DNA of 60,249 nucleotides, counting the filler, from Porpidia crustulata (Eukaryota): assembly GCA_964255105.1 (NCBI GenBank). It is 4 parts of 4 records of this genome, joined end to end, with 100 filler letters (N's around TTAATTAATTAA, not from the genome) between each part and the next. Parts side by side here need not be neighbours in the genome. Positions count along the whole stretch, not along the records: positions 45,283 to 60,249 come from CAXUWE010000346.1; 3 more parts are not named here. One strand, written 5' to 3'. Each line of letters begins with the position of its first letter. Position 1 is the first letter of the stretch. The translations under genes were made by a program, and so were the position numbers. Below the pieces are notes generated by a model. That model was not told where the DNA came from. It saw only the letters and a program-made list of their open reading frames with translations, and did not search any database. Shown piece by piece: positions 48,701 to 60,249 of this stretch.

Positions 48701-50975
48701 GTCTTGCATAAGATCAATAATCCCATCCTTGTGTGTTTCGGGACTAGGCCCGGAGCATGAAACGAGCTCCTCGTGATGGGACAACTCGTTTTTGGTGTCG
48801 AAGTGATGGTGGCATGTGATACATATGTATGTAGTGTGAGATTGACGACTAGCCTTAGATTTAGAATTACGTGTACGTTTTGGACTTTGCGCTGGTCTAG
48901 CTGCGAGGTGGAAATGCTGTGAAAGTCAGCACAAGCCATGCTCGGACTGATCTTTGCTTACCTCCAGATGGTATCGAAGGCCACTCGCAACCACGTATGC
49001 TTTACTGCATCCGGCTTCTTTACATCTGAAACGTTTGATCTCCTCATCAGCTGGTACAGACATCCGACTAGGTGACGATTGAGCTGATTTGTGGAGTGCC
49101 TCGGCGTTTCGCTTAGGATTCTCTCGTATAGCCATTGTTGGAGTCAACGGTGCTGGGGTAGTTGATAGCCTTCGACCGATCGAATTGCTGCCGTATTGCC
49201 TTACTTCTCTGCTGATCTCATCGCCATGGTTTTGTAGACTCTCTATGCTGCTGTCAGGAGGAAGCTCAATACCGGGCCGTTCTAACGGAGAGGAAGCCGG
49301 CCAATCTGCAGACGAGAAAGGTGATTCAGAGTTCGAATCGCCGTTGTCGGCCGCCATTGGCAGTAGAGACGACTTGCAAGCCGGCGTACTCGCAGGCTCG
49401 TGGGCGTTCTCTTGCATTTGATTATCTGGGAAATCTGACAGTCGATGTGCAATGAGCTCGACACGGCGATTTAAAGCCTGCAGAGTCGCAATAGGAACAT
49501 TTGCAACTGGGCCTCTGTGGCCAGGCTCAGCTGGAAGCCAGGCTAGAAGAGATGTTGTCAGCATTCTCCCTAAACCTCAGTCATATTTTCGAGAAGTGGT
49601 TGTCTACGTAGGAGACACTCACAGTCCGCTCGGTTTAAAAAAATTTGCTGGTCTTTTGGGATACTTATGTCACGGCTGGAAATACGCTTCGGTGACTTCG
49701 TATACATTAGCAGTGAGAAAACCATATACGTTGCTCAAATACCTTAAGGATATGAGTGACGACCGCAGAATTTAGCGCTGTGCTGGCTTGAGCAACGTCA
49801 CTGTTTTCATTTGCAAATTGGTCGCCATGAAAAGATACTGATTCTTCTTTGGATATGGTCTGAGAAATGGCCAGCTCACTGGTTTTGAGAGTAGTAAGGG
49901 ATTCCTTAGCTATACCTTCATCTTGTTCATGGACTTCCACAGCAGGGCCGGGAGATAGCAGAGAACTAGCTTTGTCATAAGCTTCTTTGGATGGAAATGG
50001 CTTCTTTGCGGGGTCCTCCGGTGGGTTTGACAGCTGTGCAGGATTCCACTTCTTGGTAGTGGCATGGCTCGATTCTAGGTGCGTTGCTACCCGCTTCGGA
50101 GCAAGTAGGTCCAGAAGAGCTTTTGTATTGTTTACATTCTTCTTGCCAAAAGCCTTTGATTTAGCATCTACCACCAGACAACCTTGTTGCTGCTGTAATT
50201 CCGCACGATTAACATCACTTCCTCTCTGTGCTTCACGCTCCGCTACAAGTGGAATACTGGAGAAGCGAGAAGGTATCTGTGTGGCAAATACTGATTGGCT
50301 AGTTTCCTGGAACGTATGAGCGACGTCTCCATTAGCAAGTTGCGAACGAGAAGGCGATTGTTCTGCTGGGCTTCCAAGACTCGATCGTGACCGGCTTCTT
50401 GTAGACTCCTCTGCTCGTAATGCCTTCAACTGGTCCATCAGGTCCACTATTTCAGGCAAGGACTCAAGGGGTCGAGGGCAGCCAAAGCCACCAGATCCCT
50501 CCGATCCAAGACTTCTGAAATCTTGTACTAAAATAGTTGCTCTCTCCGACCTCGCTCCCAAATGTGTGGCAACTATCTCGAATTCCTTGATCTGAATCAG
50601 ACCTCCAAGTGTGTCTTTCGTGATGCGCTTCCTCGTCGAAGCAGTATTTCTTGCAGCAGCTGAAGATGCAATCGTAGCTCTCATGAATGTGTATGAGTCT
50701 GATACTGCGACTTTGATGGCGCCATCGAAGGTGTAAAGCTGGATGAGAATTCGCATTAGAAATAGGATAATCCTTGTCGTCAGGAAGACTCTCACCTTGG
50801 TGATTTGAACAATACCAGGGATAGAAGACTTCACCCTAAGATTACTACCGTCGTCTAAGTAATCCCGGCTGTCTATTGCATTTGGCTTATGAGATGCGCC
50901 AGCTCTTGCATGTATCATCGCGCGAATCTCGCATATCATTGTAGGTGCAAGCCATTCTTCCCTCAAGAGATCCAT
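45764..50975 (-). CDS. TPP1/Est3 (Tpz1-like) OB-fold telomere protein, large, with internal zinc fingers
   Basis: N-terminal EEWL..DDGSNLR..VQITK..VSDS..IRA-like..GGLIQIKEFEI..GSEGSGGFG matches my recollection of the Pezizomycotina TPP1/Est3 OB domain. Later blocks RISSRDISIPKDQQ..WLPAEPG and C-terminal FKISYPGYVG..LWDDFIIRH. Introns 50739-50795, ~49696-49743, 49543-49622 and 48917-48961 join the ORFs in frame. Confidence 0.75.
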
Positions 50976-51643
50976 TGGATAAATCTTGTGGTCTGTCCTG
51001 GTCTATGCCCGATACTAGTACAGTGATCGCCACTTTTTCAATTTCATATCCAAAGCAATGCGATGTACCCAGCCCATTATAGCATAGCATTGAATCCGAG
51101 AGCTCTGTGCCTTCAGCATGCTCTCGCTCGATGCCGATTAGCAGAGATATACAAAGTCCTCGAAATCGAGTTGGGTGAGTGGTGCAAAAGGATCTGCTGC
51201 AGCGCTCATGGTGGTAGAACGAAAAAGGTTTGATGCTGCCGATGAGTGCTGTGGCTGATCACTGTACTAATACCGGCGGGGCGGGACTCGGACTTAGCGG
51301 CCGGCATGCAAAGCGAATGTGGGAGCGGGATAATACATGGATGACATAAACGGGTGAGTCCGAAAGCTCTGTAGGGACCTCACAGCTTATCAAGTTTCCC
51401 TTCTACTGAATTCTCCACCAGCGATCTGATATTCGCCCCCTACCAAACACCTTGCTTACGAATCAAGTAATCTACACTCTGCCCGGAAGCCTCATGTGTT
51501 CAGCCACAGACTTCTTGAGCTTTCGACTACATTAGCGTTCAGTAGGTGTAGTAGCAATGCAATCACTAAGATACTTCCAGAGCTATATCATGATATATCA
51601 AGTCATTTCATGATCATGAGAATCTCCTCTAAGCGTTTGGGTC

Positions 51644-54600
51644 ATGAGCGCCAAACCTACGCCAGAGGGTGAAAGCCCCCTTGCCTCTTCTCTTTTCCTT
51701 CCCCAGCGCCGGCGTTCTCGTCGTGGATCGCTGGCATCGCTGTCCAGCACCTCCCAAGTCGACAAAGATACACTTGCTCAAGCCTTGGACCAGATACATA
51801 TTGCTGCATACCACAGCGGAACCCTTACAACGTTCAACGAATACACATCGCCACCATCGTCGTCCTCTGGGGTAGAAGCAAAAGGCATTGCAAGCGAGCT
51901 TCACGGTGGCTTGAGTGGGCTCTACAATAGATTCAAAGCGTCTGTGGGAAACGTCAAGGATGTAGTTCCATTGGGGAATGACGATGGAGCCATCGACGAC
52001 GTATCTGTAAAAAGCTCGAAATCAACTCTTCTCAGTCCGGCTTCGACCCAAGGAGCCTCTTCCGATCCTGCAAAACATGTCAAAACCCCTCAATCAATAT
52101 CAAACACGAGCTTCAGACCGGAAAAGCCCCGACAAATTCAGCCCGAGAGTGTCGGAATCGACCCGATTTTCAGAGATACTCTACGACAAACAAAATTGTC
52201 GAAAGTCTCCACTGGCAGTGCTAGTACATCTGTTAGGTCTTCCCTGGCCCCAGATGTTATTTCAAAAGCCTCCCTTGGCCCTTTAAAGCAAGCGACATCA
52301 TCCACAGTCGCCAAGCCCGCAGTAGCTGAAGTTAATGTTACCGCCATAAAAGAGTATGGATTAAGTGGCAAGCCGATTCTCAAAGGCGTAAGGAGTAGCG
52401 GATTGGCGTCCCCGGAACTAGTTGCAGACTCTTGGACCGAAGAGCGACCTACAGGTACAGATCATAGATCTTCTTTAGGGTCATATTCTGCGGAAGTACA
52501 ACCATTGGATGCTCAAACCCGGAGAGATATAAAGTCCCCACTCCCCAATACTGTACCTGACCGGGCAATCGCGGTATCGAAAGGTGTCAGTGAAGAATTA
52601 TTCGCTCGAGATGCAGGAGCGGCTCGTTCAAACAGATCAACCGAGGATGATAGTTCCCTACGGCTTCCAGGGAATGAGGGTGACATCAGAGATGGAAGCC
52701 TCATTCGACAAAGTCTTTCTGGCGCTGCTGGAAGCCTCAGAGAAGCACCTCCTCCAGCCACTACAACGGAAACAGGCGCAGAACCTTCACGAGACCTTAC
52801 AATGGCACTAAGTGGTACCTCTACTGCAGAGCTTGTCATGGCCAATCACCACCAACACTTGGAAATCCCTCCGCCAAAGCTCCCAGGAGAACCACGTAGC
52901 GGCAATTCTCCACCTCCCAACCTAAGTCTTTCTCGAGCGTCTTCCTCGGAAAGTGCAGGTATTACATCACACGTAGGCCCGAATCCGTTGTTTTTGAGTG
53001 ATGCAAGACCATCGGAGACAGTAGTGAAACATACTGGGGGCGCGTTCCAGTCCACCATGAGCCTCGAGCAATCTGATACTGACGCAAGAACCATGAACGT
53101 ATTCTCGCAAATCAAAAGTAAGATTCTGAATAAGGAGTACTGGATGAAAGATGAAAATGCGAGAGATTGCTTCTATTGCGGAGATCCGTTTTCAACATTC
53201 CGGAGAAAACACCACTGCAGAACCTGCGGCCAGATTTTCGACGCCAAATGCACTTCTCTCCTCCCGGGTTCGCACTTTGGACAGCCAGGGTCTTTACGTG
53301 TCTGTAAGCCCTGTGAAGGAATCATCAATGGATATGATGACTCCTCTGAATATTCTGATGATGGTAACGTGTCGGCAGTGGGGCTTAGACCAAGGCACGG
53401 ATCGACTGAAGCAAGTGATGTTCTTGGGACTCCTGTGCCAAAAATGACCCCTGATAATGTGGAGGAGTTTGGTCGAAGCCCAAAACATGTTGACCTTACG
53501 GTCCCAACAATGGCAATACCTGCAACTAGAAAGGCTGGTAGAGAATCTAGTAAGATAACCGTGGATGTGGAGAGACCTCTTCTACGCCCAACATCATCGA
53601 GATCCTTAAAATCTTCGTTATCCACCAGGCCATACTCGTCAGGTCATAAACGCCATAATTCTCGCCATCTGAATCAACGTAGCTTCAAACCCGTTGCGGA
53701 AGATAACGCCCCATTTCAACATGACGCACTAGAAAGCAAAGGGCAGCAAAGCCGGCTAACAGCATTCCACGACGATAACATTATCGACCCTGATCTAGCT
53801 CCGTACCTGTCTGATGAAGGCTCTAGTGGTGATGAACAGATGAGTATCATGGCTGCCTTGAGTGGTGAAGGACTTTCCCGTAGCTTTGACAGTGAAAGGA
53901 GTGGCCTTAATGGACTTTTTGCGTCCTCTAAGAAAGGGCGTTCCATAGTTGGCGAAAAGAACGTTGGCGGTCTTGCGCTTGCTAGTCGTGACGTTGATAC
54001 CAACAGCCTGAGCAGCTTAAGGGCAACTAATTACCCTCGCAACCCCAAAAAGCGGAATATGGCACTTGCCAATAGTATGTATTCACGGCCATCGCCTAGG
54101 AGCTGCAGAGCTGGTACGCTTATGCCGTCATACAATCAACAGCTGCACGAGAGCTCGAGCAGTTCAGCTCTCGCTCAAGTAATCTCATCAAATAACAACG
54201 TGGTGGGATCCCGAATGATACGATCGTCCTCTATGAGAGGGTCTTCCGCCCCAGCGGTCGAGTTGAACAATGCGAGTCTTCATCATGTCAGGAAGTTGCT
54301 TCGGCAGCTCCTCCAAGACGTAGGTATACCATCTGTAGTCAGCTGGGAAAAAGCTTTGATACCTATACTACTACAGGCTACTGATGATGTCAATCCCAAT
54401 GTGCAGAATGGGGACGATATAGATGTCAGACACTATGTCAAACTGAAAAAGATCCCAGGAGGCCGCCCTGGGGATACTTCGTATGTTTCCGGGCTTGTCT
54501 TTACCAAAAACTTGGCTCTCAAGTCAATGCCTCGCACCCTCTCTCACCCCAGTATCCTGATTCTAACGTTTCCTCTCGAGTATGCACGCCATCAGCAACA

Positions 54601-57600
54601 TTTCATGAGCCTTGGCCCTGTCATCCGGCAAGAGCGCGAGTTCCTTCAGAACCTTGTGAATCGAATTGTCTCCCTACGTCCCCAGCTCCTCCTAGTAGAA
54701 CGAAATATCTCAGGACTCGCCCTCGAATTCCTTGAGCAGGCGAACATTGCCACGGCCTATAATGTGAAACCTTCGGTCCTCGCTGCTGTTTCTCGCTGTG
54801 CCCGCACAAGGATCATATCATCCATTGACAAATTGGCCATTAAACCTGCGCAGGCAGGAACTTGTTCAAATTTTAATTTGAAAACTTATGTGCACGGAGG
54901 AAGAAAGAAGACGTACATGTTCTTATCAGGCTGCACGAAAGAGCTTGGTTGCACAATAATACTACGTGGTGCTGGGAATGAGACGCTTGCAAAAGTGAAG
55001 CAAATTACTGATTTCATGGTCTACGTTGTCTACAATCTAAAGTTGGAGACGTGCCTGATGAGAGACGAATTCGCCTTGATTCCCTCTACCATTGGTCTTG
55101 GATCACTTTCGCCAGGTGGAGCCGATCGAATGGTCTCCCAAGGAGCTGATGCCAGTCTAGCTTTTCCTAACCATGCCGTGGCCGAAGCAGGCGCTCGCTT
55201 ACAACGCAACGAAGCCGGCAACAATCGAGCATTATTCAGAAAATCGACTGCGGACGAATCCGAGAAAGTCAGATCAAACCCCAAAGAACCCGAAGCGAAA
55301 CCAGGCATGTCTGATGAAATGCCTCTCCCTGACGATATTCCAATGCCAACGTTCTACGGTGACATGGTTGAGGAACATAAGACGAAAATTTTATCCGCCT
55401 CTCCATTCGTCAATTTCATGCAACCCTACCTGCTCATGAGAGCTAGGGAAGAAGAAAGGCGTTTGACGTATCTCAGACGTCTTTGTGACCAAGACATTCA
55501 AGAGGAGCAAAAATTGGATGAGACGGTAGAACCTCAAAAGTTTGATCTCATACGGCCAGAGATGATACACAAAGAAGTACAAGCGACATCGAAGAAGGTT
55601 CGTGAAGTACTACATGCACTTCACGATGCTGAGTACGATAGGGCTCTCCACAATTATCAGACACAAAGTAAACAGTGGGAGATGTATATCGCGGGCAATG
55701 CTGGTCTTTTCGACCCCTATGCTCATCAAAATATCGCAGTCCTATATAGTGTGGTCTGCACTGTGACCACCGTTCCTTGTTCTGGACCAGATCTGCTTGC
55801 GCTGGCTTTCTACAACCAGAACGAAACTGATGAAGATTTCGAAGCAGACTGTACATTAGGACAATACGTTGAAGATCTGTGTCTCCAAGCGAATACTGTG
55901 TGTACCGCGAATGGGTGCGAACGTAAAATGCTCGATCATCATCGGCAATATGTTCATGGTGAAGCTCAGCTCAGTGTCTTTGTCGAACGTTACCCATGCA
56001 AGCTTCGCGGGCTTCAAGATACTATTCTCATGTGGAGTTGCTGCAGGATATGTGAGAAGGAGACCCAAGTAATGCCCATGTCTGAGAGCACCTGGAAATA
56101 TTCTTTTGGAAAATACTTGGAGCTGTCATTTTGGAGTAGTGGTCTCCGTGCGAGAGCTGGTGTATGTCCTCACGACCTCCATCGAAATCACCTCCGATAT
56201 TTTGGGTTCAAAGACTTAGCACTTCGCGTGCATTATGATCCCATTAATCTCGTTGAAATAATTGTGCCTCGAGTCAGAATCACTTGGAAGGTGGAGAACG
56301 ACCTTCGCTTCAAAAATGAACTTTTCTCCAAGATCGAAGATAGGCTTAACCGATACATGACTTCTGTCAAAGCCAGGATCAGAAGTATCAGGGTCGAGAC
56401 AGTCATACCGGAAAAGATGGATGCTTGCAAACAAGAGGTTGAAAAACTCCAAAAGCGTGCTTCTGACGAGCACCCATTTCTGATCCAGACACTTCAAGAG
56501 ACGTACATGGACTCAAAGCATTATGAGATTATTCCAATGAATCGCGCAATTAGCATCACACAAGAGAAAGTCGCTGAGTGGGACAGCGCGTTTGCAGATT
56601 TTGATCAGAACTTTTTCCCTTCCGAAAAAGATATCCGGCGGCTTGCCACGCTCCAGCTTAAGAAAATATTCCTCGATCGAGACGAATCTACCACATCACT
56701 GACAACTACAGAAGAAGGTAGTGGTACCTCAATTTCTGAAGATGTTTCGAATGAAAAAGACACCCCCGATACTATGGCAACATTGCCACCTCTTACGCGC
56801 AAGTTGTCTCCTGAGAAGGCACATGATATGTTAACCTTGGTTGTGGAAAACAACGTCTCCAGTCCAGATTATACCGAACTAGGCCAAGCGCACCAACATC
56901 AAAGCGCCCCGGCTACAGCAGTGCCGACGGACGATTGCAAAGAAGGGCAGACTTCTCTACAGGATCTCGAAGGAGAGGGTGTCAACCATCTGGATCTTGC
57001 TATGTCCACAGAAGCTTCGGAAGCGCTTGCAGGCAATCCGAAGTGTGCCCTTCAAAATCAAGCAGGCGACACGTTGATACCAGATTCTCACGTACAGTCC
57101 AAGCTAGCGTTCACTCCGGCCATCGATAAGCTTGCTATGAATATTAATGATATCACCGAGTCGACTTCGAAAGACTTTGCCGTTACAGAGCAAAGCAAAA
57201 AGTCCTGTATTCCGAGGCCTGCTGAGGCTAGCTTGCGTCGTAGTAATGTCAATGTGTCTCCGCCCTTAATCCGTGCACACTCGCAGCCAGTGCATGTTAG
57301 AAGGGAAAGGAATAGCAATGGCAGCCAGACATCAATGTTGTTATCTCAGATATCGGACAACGAGGCCCAGATCAAACGTCAAGACTCTATGAGCAATGCG
57401 ATACCACTTAGCCTGACGAAAGTTGGAGAAAAGAGAATATCGGATCGCGTTGGTCTCTGCGTGCTCAAACCCAACGGTATCCCTCCTCACTCGATGATAC
57501 CGCGGTCCATTGCTACCCGGAAAAAGGATTCACAGGTCTCTACGCTGGCAAAGCACTTTGAACAATTGAGTCGAGAATTTGAGAAGGAACGGATTCGAGA

Positions 57601-59384
57601 GCGGCGCTTACGTGCGTCCAAAAGCAGGCAAGCAAGAGCATATCCACTTGCCGCATCAAAGCCCATTGTTGAAATCTACAAGAACGTACGTGAAGCTGTC
57701 GAAGAGCGAGAGCCGTCTGACGAGGAAATGGTCACAAAATATCCGCAGCCGGAACACGCGGAGAGCTCCAGTACTATTGACATGAGTGCAAGTACCGAGT
57801 CGCACACGCAAGGCGATGGCTCATCGCGTACCGAGGACACAACAGCAGATACGACGGAGACTGATGAAAAGGATCATCCCGAAAGCTACACAGGATCTGA
57901 CATTGAGGGTGAGAGCGGTCACTACGGAGGAGATCCCTCCATACTAGACGGAATCAATGTCCCTGGAGCGGCAAACGACCACCATGCACTCTCTCCCTCA
58001 GAAGCGCAACTGGACCTAAAACTTGACCTACCCAAACATGAAAAAACTTCCTTGATGAAAATGCTGACGAATTTCTGGGCCGAGAGATCTGCAAGTGGTT
58101 GGCAGCCATTGGACTACCCTCTCAACGCATCAGACCATGTGTTTGCTGATTCCGACATCATTGTGCGAGAAGACGAGCCAAGCTCGCTCATTGCATTCGC
58201 CCTAAATTCGGAGGACTATCGTGCCAAATTGCGGAGCATAGCTGCGGATGCGGGAGAAGCCAAGGACGTAAATCGAACGAGTCCCTGCCCGCCTTCCAAG
58301 ACGGACTCTGACGATCAGATTAAGGTGGAGCAGGCGCTACTAAGACCAGTGGGTACCCATCTCAAATATCAGTTTCAGGAAGGTCATGCCAAGATGCTGT
58401 GTAAAGTCTTCTACGCTGAGCAATTTGATGCTCTCCGTAGAAAGTGTGGTGTCGCCGATAGGTTTGTTGAGTCGGTCTCTCGCTGTCTGAAATGGGACTC
58501 GAAAGGAGGCAAAACCAAGTCTGTCTTTCTGAAGACCCTGGATGACCGCTTCGTGCTGAAATCACTTTCACCAATCGAGACGCAAGCGTTTCTCCGATTT
58601 GCTCCAGCATATTTTCGCTTCGTTTCGGAGTACTTCTTCCATGAGTTACCCTCCTGCATTGCCAAAATGCTCGGCTTCTATCAGATCATCATCAAGAACC
58701 CCGTCACGGGCGTCGAATTCAATTGGTTTCTCGTCGTAATGGAAAATCTCTTCTACGACCGTTCTCCGACGCGTATCTTCGACCTCAAAGGTTCCATGCG
58801 CAATCGTCGCATTCAGTCCACGGGGGAGCAAAACGAGGTTCTACTCGACGAGAACATGGTGGAATTCATCTACGAGTCTCCGCTCTTCGCTCGCGAACAC
58901 GCAAAGAGATTGCTAAGAGCAACGGTATTCAATGACACATTGTTCCTGCAGAAGCAAAACGTCATGGACTACTCGCTCATGATTGCCATTGACGAAAACC
59001 GGAAAGAGCTGGTCGTGGGGATCATCGACTGCATTCGCACGTACACGTGGGACAAGAAGCTGGAATCGTGGATCAAAGATCGAGGCAAGAATCGGCCAAC
59101 GGTCACGAGTCCGAGGGACTACAAGACAAGATTCCGGGAGGCGATGGGGCGGTATATCCTACAGGCACCCAAGTAAGTATTTCCACCAATATTTCTAACT
59201 ATCCTCCAAACCTCTCCCTCAACACTCTCCCCCCCCCCTGAGACAATCAAAAATCCAAACTAACCCCCCCCCAAGCTGCTGGCACAATTTCCGCGCCTCG
59301 CAGGTCGAATACACCCGCCTAAAACTACGGGACCAAGAACCTCCCGAAGAGAAAGAAGCCGACGACGCGGATGCAGCGGCTTGA
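51644..59384 (+). CDS. FAB1: 1-phosphatidylinositol-3-phosphate 5-kinase Fab1/PIKfyve
   Basis: FYVE (WMKD..RRKHHCRTCGQIF..RVC), CCT/Cpn60-like domain, Cys-rich CCR and PIP kinase domain (GGKTKS, DLKGS, MDYSL, IIDCIRTYTWDKKLE). Terminal intron 59173-59275, then NCWHNF..* ending at 59384. Confidence 0.98.
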
Positions 59385-60249
59385 AAAACGCGGAAATAAT
59401 TTGCATGAAAGGGTGTCTATGCGGCATGGACGGTTTTTAGATGCATGTGATGGTGTTGATATATGGGCATTTTTTCAGCATCCTAGAGCGAAAGCGAGGA
59501 ATATTTCGGTATGATGCATATCTTACGGCAGCAAAGCTTAGCATTCAGCGAGGCGTTTGGGGTCATGCGTGCATCATTTGGTCGTTCATTGGGGAAACCC
59601 TAGGGGGCAATAAACCGCGCTCTGTGTGGTCTGGTGACATGGCAAATTTACGATATGACGACGACGATGAAACCTTACACATGGGCGCTGGGGAATTTTG
59701 CATTGGGGGCTTTAGTGAAGAGCGATGAGATGGAGGAGGGAAGGATCGTGTATATAGATGCAAAGTAGCTCCTGTCTTTCGGCTTTGAAAAATAGTGGTT
59801 GGAAGGATGAATGGCTGAATGTTGATTGATTGGTGCTAAGGGGGATTCTAGGTCTATAATGCGTTGGTGTCTGTTTGCACGTGAAGCCATAGAGCGAAAC
59901 TAGGGGATCGAAATAGGTTTCATGAATGAGATATATTTTCCGTCTCCCAGATCTAAAGCTGTGGAATTTTGCACTGATCTCCATCTTGTTTTCTACGTAC
60001 ACACATATAATTCACGCGGCGAGGCGTTCCGACTCCAAGTTGGCGGAAACCGTATATGACTCTATCTCCTCGACTCTATACTTCCTTTTCCCCGCTATCG
60101 TATTTTCTAAGCACAGGTATCTGACATGGAGCGTGGTCGACATTTGCTTTCGGGGTTGGATTTTCGTGTTGGTTTTCCCCTCGGAGGGGCAGGGTCGAGC
60201 GATGGGGAGGGGAGGTGGAAGGATAAAGATTGTGGATGTTGGATGTGGG

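Noticed and set aside
59441..60249. Short ORFs downstream of FAB1
   Set aside because: No recognisable protein or RNA structure; likely UTR or intergenic.

Overview
Intron-containing genomic DNA from a filamentous ascomycete (Pezizomycotina; a lichen-forming Lecanoromycete is my impression from the gene families, not a certainty). The window is four contigs of about 15 kb (1-15011, 15112-30106, 30207-45182, 45283-60249) joined by artificial N44-TTAATTAATTAA-N44 linkers in descending size order, so adjacency across a linker means nothing. Contig 1 is accessory-like: secreted/GPI-type proteins, a TA-flanked MITE and decayed genes. Contig 2 is mostly core: class I chitin synthase, LMW protein tyrosine phosphatase, a C2H2 protein, a cupin with a MITE just upstream, a MOT1-family transporter and mitochondrial uL22. 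Contig 3 is accessory: BAHD acyltransferase, PTH11-like receptor, kelch membrane protein, and methyltransferase and P450 pseudogenes. It also carries the best candidate for a new system: an intronless Doc-type Fic gene (HAFQDGNKRTA) tail-to-tail with a 170-aa unknown gene. Both proteins have mitochondrial-presequence-like N-termini, suggesting a possible fungal toxin-antitoxin-like pair. Contig 4 holds tRNA-Val(TAC), a TPP1/Est3-like telomere protein with two internal zinc fingers, and Fab1. All family assignments come from motif recognition by eye; no database search was run.
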